Shown: one piece after another, positions 17,258-26,794 of the stretch
How positions within the stretch are numbered: the stretch's first letter is position 1
Layout of the letters: every line of letters begins with the position of its first letter
Sequence record: MN218775.2
Reading direction: 5' to 3' (one strand)
DNA length: 39,253 nucleotides
From: Escherichia virus ECG4
Position numbers and translations under genes: made by a program
Notes under the pieces: model-generated
The model's input: the letters and a program-made list of their open reading frames with translations, nothing else
Told to the model about the DNA's origin: nothing
Databases searched by the model: none

Positions 17258-17530
17258 ATGGCTATTAATGCTATTGAAAACGTTGTTAAGCAGTTACAGG
17301 AAGAAAGACTCGATGTCCCGAACATCTCCCAGTCTGCTATCCAGTTCCTGCACGTATTGTTCAACGCAAGCTACGCTGAGAAGATGGGAGCTATTAGTCT
17401 CCTCAAGCAGCAGGGCTACAGCGATGCGTTCATTGCCGGATTCATCAAGGGTCTCCAGTATTGCTCTGACACTCTCGACTCTGCGATTGCTATGCGTCGT
17501 GAGCTGAAAGATACCGTTCAGTTCGATTAA
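17258..17530 (+). CDS. gp6.5-like protein, 90 aa
   Basis: AGAGGAG RBS; position after the phi6.5 promoter. Confidence 0.65.
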   Translation: MAINAIENVVKQLQEERLDVPNISQSAIQFLHVLFNASYAEKMGAISLLKQQGYSDAFIAGFIKGLQYCSDTLDSAIAMRRELKDTVQFD

Positions 17531-17544
17531 CTGTAGGAGGGACT

Positions 17545-17769
17545 ATGTGTTTCAGTCCAAAGATTAGCACTCCGAAGCCTTCGGTCCAAGCACCTGAACC
17601 AGCACCCCTGAGTGAGGAAGTTGCGTCAGTTGACATCGGGGCTGAATCGGATGTGGACACCAACGAGACCAAAGGTATCAAAGACCTGAAGGTCAAGAAG
17701 GAGTCTGCAACTAAAGATAAATCGTCAGTAAGTCGCGCTATGCGAGCCTCTGGCGTCAACATGGGGTAA
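17545..17769 (+). CDS. gp6.7-like virion protein, 74 aa
   Basis: N-terminus MCFSPKI and internal EPAPL as in T7 gp6.7. Confidence 0.75.
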   Translation: MCFSPKISTPKPSVQAPEPAPLSEEVASVDIGAESDVDTNETKGIKDLKVKKESATKDKSSVSRAMRASGVNMG

Positions 17770-17773
17770 GACA

Positions 17774-18178
17774 ATGCTACCATATCTCAACTCACGCGAA
17801 GGTCGCCACATGTGCGCTTGTCGCCTCTGGGAAGACGGGCAGTCTAACTTCAAGTCATTCGAGGACTTCAAGGCTCATACTTACCGTATTGCTGACGAGT
17901 TCGACGGTGAAGAGTACACAATCTACGATGTCTCAGGTCAACCAGTAGCGTATCTCTACATGCTGGCTACCACATCTTGGCACCGACCGACTCCCGGTCT
18001 TGACCTTTCAATCGTCGCTATTCGTCGTGACTCGCAGTCCTCCCGCAAGGTTCTTGAGACTGTCAGGTACATCATAGACGAAGAGTGCAAGCGTTGGGGT
18101 CTTGGCTGGTATTCTCGTGTCAAGCATGTTTCCGGGTCGGTAGACATCGTAACAACCAAGGAGATTAACCGTGGGTAA
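17774..18178 (+). CDS. gp7-like protein, 134 aa
   Basis: Position and length (T7 gp7 is 133 aa). Confidence 0.6.
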   Translation: MLPYLNSREGRHMCACRLWEDGQSNFKSFEDFKAHTYRIADEFDGEEYTIYDVSGQPVAYLYMLATTSWHRPTPGLDLSIVAIRRDSQSSRKVLETVRYIIDEECKRWGLGWYSRVKHVSGSVDIVTTKEINRG

Positions 18179-18419
18179 ATCAATCAGTAAGGCCTTCAGT
18201 AAAGTAGTAAAAGGTGCTTTGGGGACCGTTGGTCTTGGTAACGATGTTTCACCTAAGGTTGTTGAGGCTCAGACCCCAGCAGCGCCAGTGGAAGTACCGA
18301 ACGACAAAGTGGAAGATGTGGATACCGAAGCGACTGCATCTGACGAGAAGAAAGTGAAGCGTTCCGGTAAGCGGAGCCTTCAGGTCTCTCGCACCTCTGG
18401 TGGCGGTATTTCTATATAA
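18171..18419 (+). CDS. gp7.3-like tail/adsorption protein, 82 aa
   Basis: MGK start, Lys/Val-rich N-terminus and C-terminal SGGGISI as in T7 gp7.3 (...SGGGINI). Confidence 0.75.
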   Translation: MGKSISKAFSKVVKGALGTVGLGNDVSPKVVEAQTPAAPVEVPNDKVEDVDTEATASDEKKVKRSGKRSLQVSRTSGGGISI

Positions 18420-18430
18420 GGAGGTGACGA

Positions 18431-19999
18431 ATGGCTGAACGTGAAGGGTTCGCTGCTGAAGGCGCTAAGTCAGTTTATGATAGATTGAAGAACGGACGAC
18501 AGCCTTACGAGACCCGCGCACAGAACTGTGCTGCTGTCACTATCCCGTCACTGTTTCCTAAGGAATCAGACAACTCGTCTACTGAATATACCACTCCGTG
18601 GCAAGCTGTAGGTGCTCGCTGTCTGAACAACTTGGCTGCAAAGCTGATGTTGGCGTTATTCCCTCAGTCACCGTGGATGCGACTGACAGTCTCCGAATAT
18701 GAGGCAAAGACCTTGAGTCAGGACTCAGAGGCCGCTGCTCGTGTTGACGAAGGGCTGGCTATGGTCGAGCGGGTGTTGATGGCCTACATGGAGACTAACA
18801 GTTTCCGTGTCCCATTGTTCGAAGCTCTGAAGCAGCTTATAGTCTCCGGTAACTGTCTGCTCTACATTCCGCCTCCTGAACAGGGAACCTACAGTCCTAT
18901 GCGAATGTACCGCTTAGTGTCATACGTTGTTCAACGTGATGCGTTCGGTAACATCTTGCAGATTGTGACTCTCGACAAGGTAGCGTTTAGTGCTCTACCG
19001 GAGGACGTGAAGTCTCAACTCAACGCAGATGACTATGAGCCTGACACCGAGCTGGAAGTGTATACGCACATCTACCGTCAGGACGACGAGTATCTACGCT
19101 ACGAGGAAGTGGAAGGCATTGAGGTAGCAGGGACCGATGGTTCTTACCCACTGACTGCCTGTCCATACATCCCGGTACGAATGGTTCGACTGGATGGTGA
19201 AGACTACGGTCGTTCTTACTGCGAGGAGTATCTGGGAGACCTCAACTCGCTGGAGACGATTACAGAAGCTATCACCAAAATGGCTAAGGTAGCCTCCAAG
19301 GTGGTGGGCCTCGTTAACCCGAACGGTATCACACAACCTCGTCGTCTGAACAAGGCGGCTACAGGTGAGTTCGTGGCTGGTCGCGTTGAGGACATCAACT
19401 TCCTGCAACTGACGAAAGGTCAGGACTTTACGATTGCTAAATCGGTAGCTGACGCTATCGAGCAACGTTTAGGCTGGGCCTTCCTTCTTAATAGTGCCGT
19501 TCAGCGTAATGCCGAGCGAGTCACTGCTGAAGAGATTCGTTATGTTGCTGGCGAACTGGAGGCGACCTTAGGTGGCGTGTACTCAGTACAGTCACAAGAG
19601 CTTCAGTTACCTATCGTCCGTGTGCTGATGAACCAGCTTCAGTCTGCTGGCATGATTCCTGACCTTCCGAAAGAAGCAGTAGAGCCTACTGTCTCCACAG
19701 GTCTTGAAGCGTTAGGTCGTGGTCAGGACTTGGAGAAGCTGACTCAGGCGGTTAACATGATGACTGGTCTTCAGCCACTATCTCAGGACCCGGACATCAA
19801 CTTGCCGACCCTTAAGCTACGACTCCTGAACGCTCTGGGTATCGACACCGCTGGCCTACTCCTGACGCAAGACGAGAAGATTCAGCGCATGGCTGAGCAG
19901 TCGTCTCAACCGGCAGTTGTCAATGGTGCGGCCGCTGCTGGTGCTAACATGGGCGCTGCTGTAGGTCAGGGAGCTGGTGAGGACATGGCTCAAGCCTAA
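18431..19999 (+). CDS. Portal (head-tail connector) protein (T7 gene 8 homologue), 522 aa
   Basis: Position before scaffold and capsid; length close to T7 gp8. Confidence 0.92.
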   Translation: MAEREGFAAEGAKSVYDRLKNGRQPYETRAQNCAAVTIPSLFPKESDNSSTEYTTPWQAVGARCLNNLAAKLMLALFPQSPWMRLTVSEYEAKTLSQDSEAAARVDEGLAMVERVLMAYMETNSFRVPLFEALKQLIVSGNCLLYIPPPEQGTYSPMRMYRLVSYVVQRDAFGNILQIVTLDKVAFSALPEDVKSQLNADDYEPDTELEVYTHIYRQDDEYLRYEEVEGIEVAGTDGSYPLTACPYIPVRMVRLDGEDYGRSYCEEYLGDLNSLETITEAITKMAKVASKVVGLVNPNGITQPRRLNKAATGEFVAGRVEDINFLQLTKGQDFTIAKSVADAIEQRLGWAFLLNSAVQRNAERVTAEEIRYVAGELEATLGGVYSVQSQELQLPIVRVLMNQLQSAGMIPDLPKEAVEPTVSTGLEALGRGQDLEKLTQAVNMMTGLQPLSQDPDINLPTLKLRLLNALGIDTAGLLLTQDEKIQRMAEQSSQPAVVNGAAAAGANMGAAVGQGAGEDMAQA

Positions 20000-20017
20000 A
20001 CTATCACTATAGGAACA
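19995..20017 (+). promoter_or_regulatory. Phage RNAP promoter (phi9-like)
   Basis: TAAACTATCACTATAGGA at 19997-20014, +1 G at 20012. Confidence 0.75.
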
Positions 20018-20114
20018 CCTAAAGTAACACCGTTTAAGCCAACTCTAGGGGAGTTTTAAACTAGACTTTGTAGGCAGGTGTTGGCCTATTAACGACTTAA
20101 AGGAGAATGACTCA

Positions 20115-21005
20115 ATGTCTCAATCAGTTTATGCCGAGTTCGGCGTTAGCTCTAATGCAATCACTGGTTCCGTTGAGGACCTGAACGAACACCAGAAGTC
20201 TATGCTTGAACAGGACGTATCGGTTCGTGATGGCGACGATGCTATTACCTTCAAGCAACTGGAAGCTGAAACCGAAGAGGCTACCGAAGAAGACGATAAC
20301 GTCGACGAGACTGAAGGTGTTTTTTACGAAGACCACGAGTCCGATGACGAAGAGTCTGAGACCGATGGTGAGCAGCCTGAGTTCATCGAACTGGGTGATG
20401 CACCAAAAGAGCTGACCGAAAGTGTCACCGCTCTGGATGAAAACGAAGCTGCATTCGACGACCTGGTGTCTTCTGCTGTAGAAGCTGGCAAGGTCACTGC
20501 TGATGAAATTACCGCTATCAAGGCTGAATACGCCAAGGACGGTAAGCTGTCTGACGCATCCTACGCTAAGTTGCAGGAAGCAGGTTACACCAAGCGTTTC
20601 GTAGATTCGTTTGTCCGTGGTCAGGAAGCTCTTGCTGAACAGTATGCTGCTGGTGTGGTTCGCTACGCTGGTGGTGCTGAACAGTTTAATCGCATCCTGT
20701 CACACCTTGAGTCCAACGACCCGTCAACTCGTGAAGCACTTGAAGCTGCTATCGTTCGTAAGGACATTGCGACTACCAAAGCTCTGCTGAATCTGGCTGG
20801 CAAGACTCTGGGTAAAGCTGTAGGTGTTAAACCTCAGCGAACCATCACCACTCAGGCTAAACCTGTGGTCGCACCTAAGGCTCCTCAGACAGAAGCATTC
20901 AGCTCCAAGGCTGACATGATTAAGGCTATGAGTGACCCGCGATACCTGCGTGACGCTAAGTACACGATGGAAGTTCGCGCTAAGGTAGCTGCCTCAAGCC
21001 TGTAG
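20115..21005 (+). CDS. Scaffolding protein (T7 gene 9 homologue), 296 aa
   Basis: Highly acidic, Glu/Asp/Ala-rich; position between portal and capsid. Confidence 0.88.
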   Translation: MSQSVYAEFGVSSNAITGSVEDLNEHQKSMLEQDVSVRDGDDAITFKQLEAETEEATEEDDNVDETEGVFYEDHESDDEESETDGEQPEFIELGDAPKELTESVTALDENEAAFDDLVSSAVEAGKVTADEITAIKAEYAKDGKLSDASYAKLQEAGYTKRFVDSFVRGQEALAEQYAAGVVRYAGGAEQFNRILSHLESNDPSTREALEAAIVRKDIATTKALLNLAGKTLGKAVGVKPQRTITTQAKPVVAPKAPQTEAFSSKADMIKAMSDPRYLRDAKYTMEVRAKVAASSL

Positions 21006-21006
21006 G

Positions 21007-21029
21007 ACTAAACTATCACTATAGGGAGA
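21007..21029 (+). promoter_or_regulatory. Phage RNAP promoter (phi10-like), full consensus including GGGAGA
   Basis: TAAACTATCACTATAGGGAGA at 21009-21029, +1 G at 21024. Confidence 0.8.
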
Positions 21030-21132
21030 CCAAGAGACAGACTCAAGGTTTCCCCTATTACTTCAGTCCATACGGATTGGGCATACAGTAAGTAATAAAC
21101 TTTATCTTTCAATTGAATAGGAGAATTATCAT

Positions 21133-22182
21133 ATGGCAAACGTTCCGGGTCAGAAAATTGGTACAGACCAAGGTAAAGGCAAATCCAGTTCCGACGCTCT
21201 GGCGTTGTTCCTGAAGGTATTTGCTGGTGAAGTCCTGACCGCATTCACTCGCCGCTCTGTAACTGCTGACAAGCATATTGTCCGTACCATTCAGAACGGT
21301 AAGTCTGCTCAGTTCCCGGTCATGGGTCGCACCTCTGGTGTGTATCTGGCTCCGGGTGAGCGACTGTCCGATAAGCGTAAAGGTATCAAACATACCGAGA
21401 AAGTGATTACCATTGATGGTCTGCTGACTGCCGATGTGATGATTTTCGACATTGAAGACGCGATGAACCACTATGACGTGGCTGGCGAATATTCCAATCA
21501 GTTAGGTGAAGCTCTGGCTATCGCTGCTGATGGTGCTGTTCTGGCTGAAATGGCTATCCTGTGTAACCTACCGGCTGCATCCAACGAGAATATTGCTGGT
21601 CTTGGCACTGCGTCCGTACTTGAAGTAGGCAAGAAAGCTGACCTCAACACCCCGGCTAAACTGGGTGAAGCAATCATTGGGCAACTTACCATTGCTCGTG
21701 CGAAGCTGACCTCCAACTACGTTCCTGCTGGCGACCGTTACTTCTACACCACGCCTGACAACTACTCTGCAATCCTCGCTGCTCTGATGCCGAATGCTGC
21801 TAACTATGCTGCGCTGATTGACCCGGAGACTGGTAACATCCGTAACGTAATGGGCTTTGTTGTTGTTGAAGTTCCACACCTGACTCAGGGCGGTGCTGGT
21901 GAAACTCGTGGTGCTGATGGCATCACTATTGCGACTGGTCAGAAGCACGCATTCCCAGCTACCGCTACTGGTGATGTTAAAGTTGCTCTGGACAACGTTG
22001 TGGGCCTGTTCTCTCACCGTTCTGCTGTGGGTACTGTTAAGCTGCGTGACTTGGCGCTGGAACGTGACCGTGACGTCGATGCTCAGGGCGACCTGATTGT
22101 TGGTAAATACGCTATGGGTCACGGTGGTCTGCGTCCTGAAGCGGCTGGCGCACTGGTTTTCACAGCAGCTTCAGCGGGTTAA
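21133..22182 (+). CDS. Major capsid protein (T7 gene 10A homologue), 349 aa
   Basis: Position, length and strong leader after the phi10-like promoter. Confidence 0.95.
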   Translation: MANVPGQKIGTDQGKGKSSSDALALFLKVFAGEVLTAFTRRSVTADKHIVRTIQNGKSAQFPVMGRTSGVYLAPGERLSDKRKGIKHTEKVITIDGLLTADVMIFDIEDAMNHYDVAGEYSNQLGEALAIAADGAVLAEMAILCNLPAASNENIAGLGTASVLEVGKKADLNTPAKLGEAIIGQLTIARAKLTSNYVPAGDRYFYTTPDNYSAILAALMPNAANYAALIDPETGNIRNVMGFVVVEVPHLTQGGAGETRGADGITIATGQKHAFPATATGDVKVALDNVVGLFSHRSAVGTVKLRDLALERDRDVDAQGDLIVGKYAMGHGGLRPEAAGALVFTAASAG

Positions 22183-22445
22183 TGACCTTCAGGGCTCTCT
22201 CTACTGAGGGTCCTACCTTGGAAACCTGGAGTCCTTCAGTGGGTGTCAGTATTAAGGTTGACTTCCCTGAGCTGGCAGATGTGACCGACTGGTCTCTGCT
22301 GGATGTAACCATGCCGGATGGTGTGAGCTACTCTCGTAGAACCAATAGTCTCTACTTCAAGGCCACCGATGCTGTGACAGGTCTTGTAACTGTTGGATAT
22401 GACGGGTCTACCGTTAGGTCATTCAACGTTTCGTTCACAAACTAA
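22155..22445 (+). CDS. Minor capsid form (10B-like) C-terminal extension, reached by a -1 ribosomal frameshift
   Basis: Heptamer G GTT TTC at 22155-22161, nine codons before the 10A stop; the -1 frame is open to 22445 and would add about 95 aa. Same arrangement as T7 10A/10B. Confidence 0.6.
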   Translation, partial: GFHSSFSGLMTFRALSTEGPTLETWSPSVGVSIKVDFPELADVTDWSLLDVTMPDGVSYSRRTNSLYFKATDAVTGLVTVGYDGSTVRSFNVSFTN

Positions 22446-22451
22446 TTGAAA

Positions 22452-22488
22452 CCCCTTGGGTGCCTTCGGGTGCTTGAGGGTTTTTTTT
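22452..22488 (+). terminator. Tphi-like intrinsic terminator after the capsid gene
   Basis: 12-bp stem CCCTTGGGTGCC / GGTGCTTGAGGG with G-U pairs, TTCG loop, T8 run; resembles T7 Tphi. Confidence 0.8.
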
Positions 22489-22503
22489 GCTTAAGGAGGG
22501 CCT

Positions 22504-23070
22504 ATGGCTCAATACATTCCACTGAACGCTAACGATGACTTAGATGCCATCAACGATATGTTAGCTGCTATAGGTGAACCAGCAGTCCTACAGCTTGACG
22601 AGGGTAACGCTGACGTCTCTAACGCACAACGTATCCTGCATCGTGTCAATCGTCAGGTCCAAGCTAAAGGCTGGAACTTTAACATCAACGAAGCTGCTGT
22701 CCTGACACCTGATGTCCAAGACAATAGGATTCGATTCCTTCCGTCTTACCTTCGTGTAATGACCGCTGGGGCCACCAGCTACTACAGCAACATGGGTGGA
22801 TACCTGTACGACCTGTCCACTCAGTCAACCACTTTCACCGACCCTATAACGGTAGAGCTTGTTGAGATGAAACCGTTCTCTGAGATGCCTGTGGTATTCA
22901 GGGACTACATCGTTACCAAGGCCAGCCGTGAGTTCAACGCTAAGTTCTTCGGTAGCCCAGAGTCTGAACTGTACCTTCGTGAGCAGGAAGCAGAGCTCTA
23001 TCAGCAGGTCATGGAATACGAGATGGACACTGGTCGATACAACATGATGTCCGACATCGGGAGGGACTAA
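22504..23070 (+). CDS. Tail tubular protein A (T7 gene 11 homologue), 188 aa
   Basis: Position and length. Confidence 0.88.
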   Translation: MAQYIPLNANDDLDAINDMLAAIGEPAVLQLDEGNADVSNAQRILHRVNRQVQAKGWNFNINEAAVLTPDVQDNRIRFLPSYLRVMTAGATSYYSNMGGYLYDLSTQSTTFTDPITVELVEMKPFSEMPVVFRDYIVTKASREFNAKFFGSPESELYLREQEAELYQQVMEYEMDTGRYNMMSDIGRD

Positions 23071-23297
23071 TGGCTAGTCACAACCTGAAGATTCACCGCC
23101 AGCACTTTGGTCCGGTACAACTAGGTTTAAAGACAGCAGAGCTGAGACTTAACGACAGGGACTTTAAGGTTGGCGATTGGCTTATCCTGAATGAGTGGGA
23201 CAACGGGTATACTGGGCAACAGGTAGCACGTAAGGTTGTCCATGTGGCTGACGTTGGTGACATCGCTGAAGGATACGTCCTAATCAGTATGATTTAA
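23070..23297 (+). CDS. Accessory protein, 75 aa, possibly ASCH/DUF3850-like, inserted between the tail genes
   Basis: ATG overlaps the gene 11 stop. KIHRQHFGPVQLGLKTAELRLNDRDFKVGDWLILNEWD resembles the DUF3850 pattern as I recall it (unverified). Confidence 0.55.
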   Translation: MASHNLKIHRQHFGPVQLGLKTAELRLNDRDFKVGDWLILNEWDNGYTGQQVARKVVHVADVGDIAEGYVLISMI

Positions 23298-23306
23298 GGA
23301 GGGCCT

Positions 23307-25664
23307 ATGCCACTTATCACACAAAGCATCAAAAATCTTAAAGGTGGAATTAGCCAGCAGCCTGACATACTGAGGTTCTCAGACCAAGGCGAGGCGCAGG
23401 TTAACTGCTGGTCATCAGAGAGTGATGGCCTCCAGAAGCGTCCACCTACAGTCTTCAAGCGACGTCTTAACATCGACGTTGGGAGCAACCCTAAGTTCCA
23501 CCTGATTAATCGTGACGAGCAGGAGCAGTACTATATAGTGTTCAATGGGTCCAACATTCAGGTAGTTGACTTGAGCGGTAATCAATACTCAGTGTCCGGT
23601 GCGGTAGACTACGTTAAGTCCTCCAACCCACGAGATGACATCCGTGTCGTTACCGTGGCAGACTATACGTTCGTCGTTAACCGTAAGGTTGTCGTCAAAG
23701 GTGGAAGCGAGAAGTCACACTCTGGTTATAACCGTAAAGCACGAGCTTTAATTAACCTGCGTGGTGGGCAGTATGGTCGAACCCTTAAAGTGGGAATCAA
23801 CGGTGGCGTTAAGGTCTCGCATAAGCTACCAGCAGGTAATGATGCCGAGAATGACCCACCTAAGGTGGACGCTCAAGCCATTGGGGCAGCTCTGAGAGAC
23901 CTTCTTGTTGCTGCTTACCCTACCTTCACGTTCGACCTTGGGTCTGGCTTCCTGTTAATCACTGCCCCTTCAGGGACTGACATTAACTCAGTGGAGACGG
24001 AGGATGGTTACGCTAACCAGCTAATCAGCCCAGTACTCGACACAGTGCAGACAATCTCTAAGTTACCTCTTGCAGCTCCAAATGGGTACATCATTAAGAT
24101 TCAAGGTGAGACCAACAGTAGCGCCGATGAATACTACGTGATGTATGACTCCAATACTAAGACGTGGAAGGAGACAGTTGAGCCGGGAGTTGTCACTGGG
24201 TTCGACAACACCACAATGCCACATGCTCTGGTAAGACAGTCTGACGGCTCCTTTGAGTTCAAGACTCTGGATTGGTCCAAGCGTGGTGCTGGTAACGATG
24301 ACACAAACCCTATGCCTAGCTTCGTGGATGCTGCGATTAATGATGTGTTCTTCTACAGGAACAGGCTAGGGTTCTTGTCTGGTGAGAACGTAATCATGAG
24401 CCGTTCAGCCAGCTACTTTGCGTTCTTCCCTAAGAGTGTGGCGACACTGAGTGATGCTGATCCTATTGATGTAGCTGTAAGTCACCCTCGAATCTCAATC
24501 CTTAAGTATGCCGTTCCGTTTAGCGAGCAGCTACTACTTTGGTCGGATGAGGTTCAGTTCGTGATGACAAGCTCTGGGGTCCTTACCTCGAAGTCTATCC
24601 AGCTTGATGTAGGCTCAGAGTTTGCCCTAGGTGACAATGCCAGACCGTTCACTGTAGGACGCTCAGTCTTCTTCTCAGCTCCTCGTGGGTCATTCACCAG
24701 TATTAAGCGATACTTCGCTGTAGCTGATGTATCTGATGTGAAGGATGCAGATGATACAACTGGTCACGTACTGTCCTACATCCCTAACGGGGTGTTTGAT
24801 ATTCAAGGTACAGGTACTGAGAACTACATCTGCGTCAACTCTACAGGTGCATACAACCGAATCTACATCTACAAGTTCTTGTTTAAGGACGGAGTACAGC
24901 TTCAAGCCTCTTGGTCACACTGGGAGTTCCCTAAAGATGATAAGATTCTGGCGTCTGCTTCTATTGGCTCTACCATGTTCATCGTTCGTCAGCACCAAGG
25001 AGGGGTAGACATTGAGCACCTTAAGTTCATCAAGGAGGCAACTGACTTTCCCTCAGAGCCATATAGACTACACATTGACTCCAAGGTGTCTATGGTAATT
25101 CCAATTGGCTCATATAATGCTGACACCTATAAGACTACGGTTGACATTGGTGCTTCTTATGGTGGCAACGCTCCGTCTCCCGGTCGGTACTATCTGATTG
25201 ACAGTCAGGGTGCTTATGTGGACCTTGGGGACTTGTCCAGTATCTCTACTGTGATTACCCTCAACGGCGATTGGTCAGGACGTACAGTGTTCATCGGACG
25301 GCCCTATCTGATGTCCTACAAGTTCTCACGGTTCCTGATTAAGATTGAAGATGATAGTGGCACTCAGTCTGAAGACACTGGTCGTCTACAGCTTCGTCGG
25401 GCTTGGGTCAACTACAAGGACACTGGCGCTCTGAGACTAATTGTCAGAAACGGTGAGCGGGAGTTCGTGAATACCTTCAACGGGTACACACTTGGTCAGC
25501 AAACCATAGGGACTACAAACATTGGTGACGGGCAGTATCGCTTCGCTATGAATGGTAACGCATTGACCACGAGTCTAACCTTAGAGTCCGACTATCCTAC
25601 CCCAGTGTCAATCGTTGGTTGTGGCTGGGAGGCGTCATACGCTAAGAAAGCTCGTTCCGTTTAA
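23307..25664 (+). CDS. Tail tubular protein B (T7 gene 12 homologue), 785 aa
   Basis: Position and length. Confidence 0.9.
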   Translation: MPLITQSIKNLKGGISQQPDILRFSDQGEAQVNCWSSESDGLQKRPPTVFKRRLNIDVGSNPKFHLINRDEQEQYYIVFNGSNIQVVDLSGNQYSVSGAVDYVKSSNPRDDIRVVTVADYTFVVNRKVVVKGGSEKSHSGYNRKARALINLRGGQYGRTLKVGINGGVKVSHKLPAGNDAENDPPKVDAQAIGAALRDLLVAAYPTFTFDLGSGFLLITAPSGTDINSVETEDGYANQLISPVLDTVQTISKLPLAAPNGYIIKIQGETNSSADEYYVMYDSNTKTWKETVEPGVVTGFDNTTMPHALVRQSDGSFEFKTLDWSKRGAGNDDTNPMPSFVDAAINDVFFYRNRLGFLSGENVIMSRSASYFAFFPKSVATLSDADPIDVAVSHPRISILKYAVPFSEQLLLWSDEVQFVMTSSGVLTSKSIQLDVGSEFALGDNARPFTVGRSVFFSAPRGSFTSIKRYFAVADVSDVKDADDTTGHVLSYIPNGVFDIQGTGTENYICVNSTGAYNRIYIYKFLFKDGVQLQASWSHWEFPKDDKILASASIGSTMFIVRQHQGGVDIEHLKFIKEATDFPSEPYRLHIDSKVSMVIPIGSYNADTYKTTVDIGASYGGNAPSPGRYYLIDSQGAYVDLGDLSSISTVITLNGDWSGRTVFIGRPYLMSYKFSRFLIKIEDDSGTQSEDTGRLQLRRAWVNYKDTGALRLIVRNGEREFVNTFNGYTLGQQTIGTTNIGDGQYRFAMNGNALTTSLTLESDYPTPVSIVGCGWEASYAKKARSV

Positions 25665-25688
25665 CTTATTGAATGGCCTATAGATTTA

Positions 25689-25711
25689 CCTTAACTATCA
25701 CTATAGGGACT
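25689..25711 (+). promoter_or_regulatory. Phage RNAP promoter (phi13-like)
   Basis: TTAACTATCACTATAGGGA at 25691-25709, +1 G at 25706. Confidence 0.75.
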
Positions 25712-25740
25712 ATAGGCCATTAAGGTTATAAGGAGACTTT

Positions 25741-26211
25741 ATGTATATTCGTAAAGCTACGGAACCGGATGTCCACTACTTTCTGTGGCATCTTTCAGCA
25801 GATGATGTTAATGAGTGCAAAGCAAACTACGGGTCAACCGTTGGTCTCTCTGAAAGACTGCTTAAGCACCTATCTCCGTCATCTGTGGTTTTAACGAACG
25901 GTGTAGGCGAAGTGTTTGCCTATGGTGGAAACCAAGGGGATAACGTATGGTTCTTGACTTCAGGTCTGGTCAACAAGCTGAGACCTAAAGAGAAGCGAGA
26001 GTTCATAAAGCGTATCTCTGAGTACAGGGACTTAATGTTAGACCAATACGGGACCATCTGGAACTACGTGTGGTCAGGCAATAAGTCTCACATTAAATTC
26101 TTGAAGTTGCTTGGGGCTAAGTTCCATGATGATTGGACTATCAGCCCGGTAACTGGTGAGCGTTTTCAATTATTCACTATCTCTAAGGAGGACGTATGTG
26201 TGAACCCGTAA
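25741..26211 (+). CDS. Internal virion protein A (T7 gene 13 homologue), 156 aa
   Basis: Position after the phi13-like promoter; similar length. Confidence 0.6.
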   Translation: MYIRKATEPDVHYFLWHLSADDVNECKANYGSTVGLSERLLKHLSPSSVVLTNGVGEVFAYGGNQGDNVWFLTSGLVNKLRPKEKREFIKRISEYRDLMLDQYGTIWNYVWSGNKSHIKFLKLLGAKFHDDWTISPVTGERFQLFTISKEDVCVNP

Positions 26212-26783
26212 GTATCGGCATGGGTATCATGGCTGTAGCCGGGGCCACTATGTCCGCTCCCAGTCAGGCCAAGGCCGAAGGCGCAGCAATTGACTCTCAG
26301 AACCGACAGGCTCAGGAAATGGTTAAGCAGATGAACTACTCTGACGCCAACCTGAGGATGCAGGAGCGAGACCTGAAGGAACAGCAGATGGCTGAACTGA
26401 CAGAGACCACGCTAAACGGTATCCGTAATCAGGGTATGGTCCGAGCTGCGGTGGCTGAGTCCGGTCTGGAAGGTAACTCTATGGACAGGATTGAACGTCA
26501 GGTCGAAGGAGATACAGTCAAGGAGCGAGCAGGGATTACCGAAAGTTACAACCGCGACTATGCGGCTATCTTCGGGAACCGTATCGCCAACATTGAGAAC
26601 ACCAAGTCTGCTATCCGTGGTCAAGGTAAGATCATCAAGACCAGTCCGCTGGCCCATGCACTTAATGTTGCAAGCGCCGGGATGCAGGGGTACGCTGCTG
26701 GTAAGTCAATCTCTGGAGCATCAAGCTCTGGTGGTGCTGCACCGATTAGTGCTGCTAAAGGCACACCTACAGGTCATAGCTAA
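26196..26783 (+). CDS. Internal virion protein B (T7 gene 14 homologue), 195 aa
   Basis: Position and length. Confidence 0.8.
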   Translation: MCEPVSIGMGIMAVAGATMSAPSQAKAEGAAIDSQNRQAQEMVKQMNYSDANLRMQERDLKEQQMAELTETTLNGIRNQGMVRAAVAESGLEGNSMDRIERQVEGDTVKERAGITESYNRDYAAIFGNRIANIENTKSAIRGQGKIIKTSPLAHALNVASAGMQGYAAGKSISGASSSGGAAPISAAKGTPTGHS

Positions 26784-26794
26784 GAGGAGGACTA

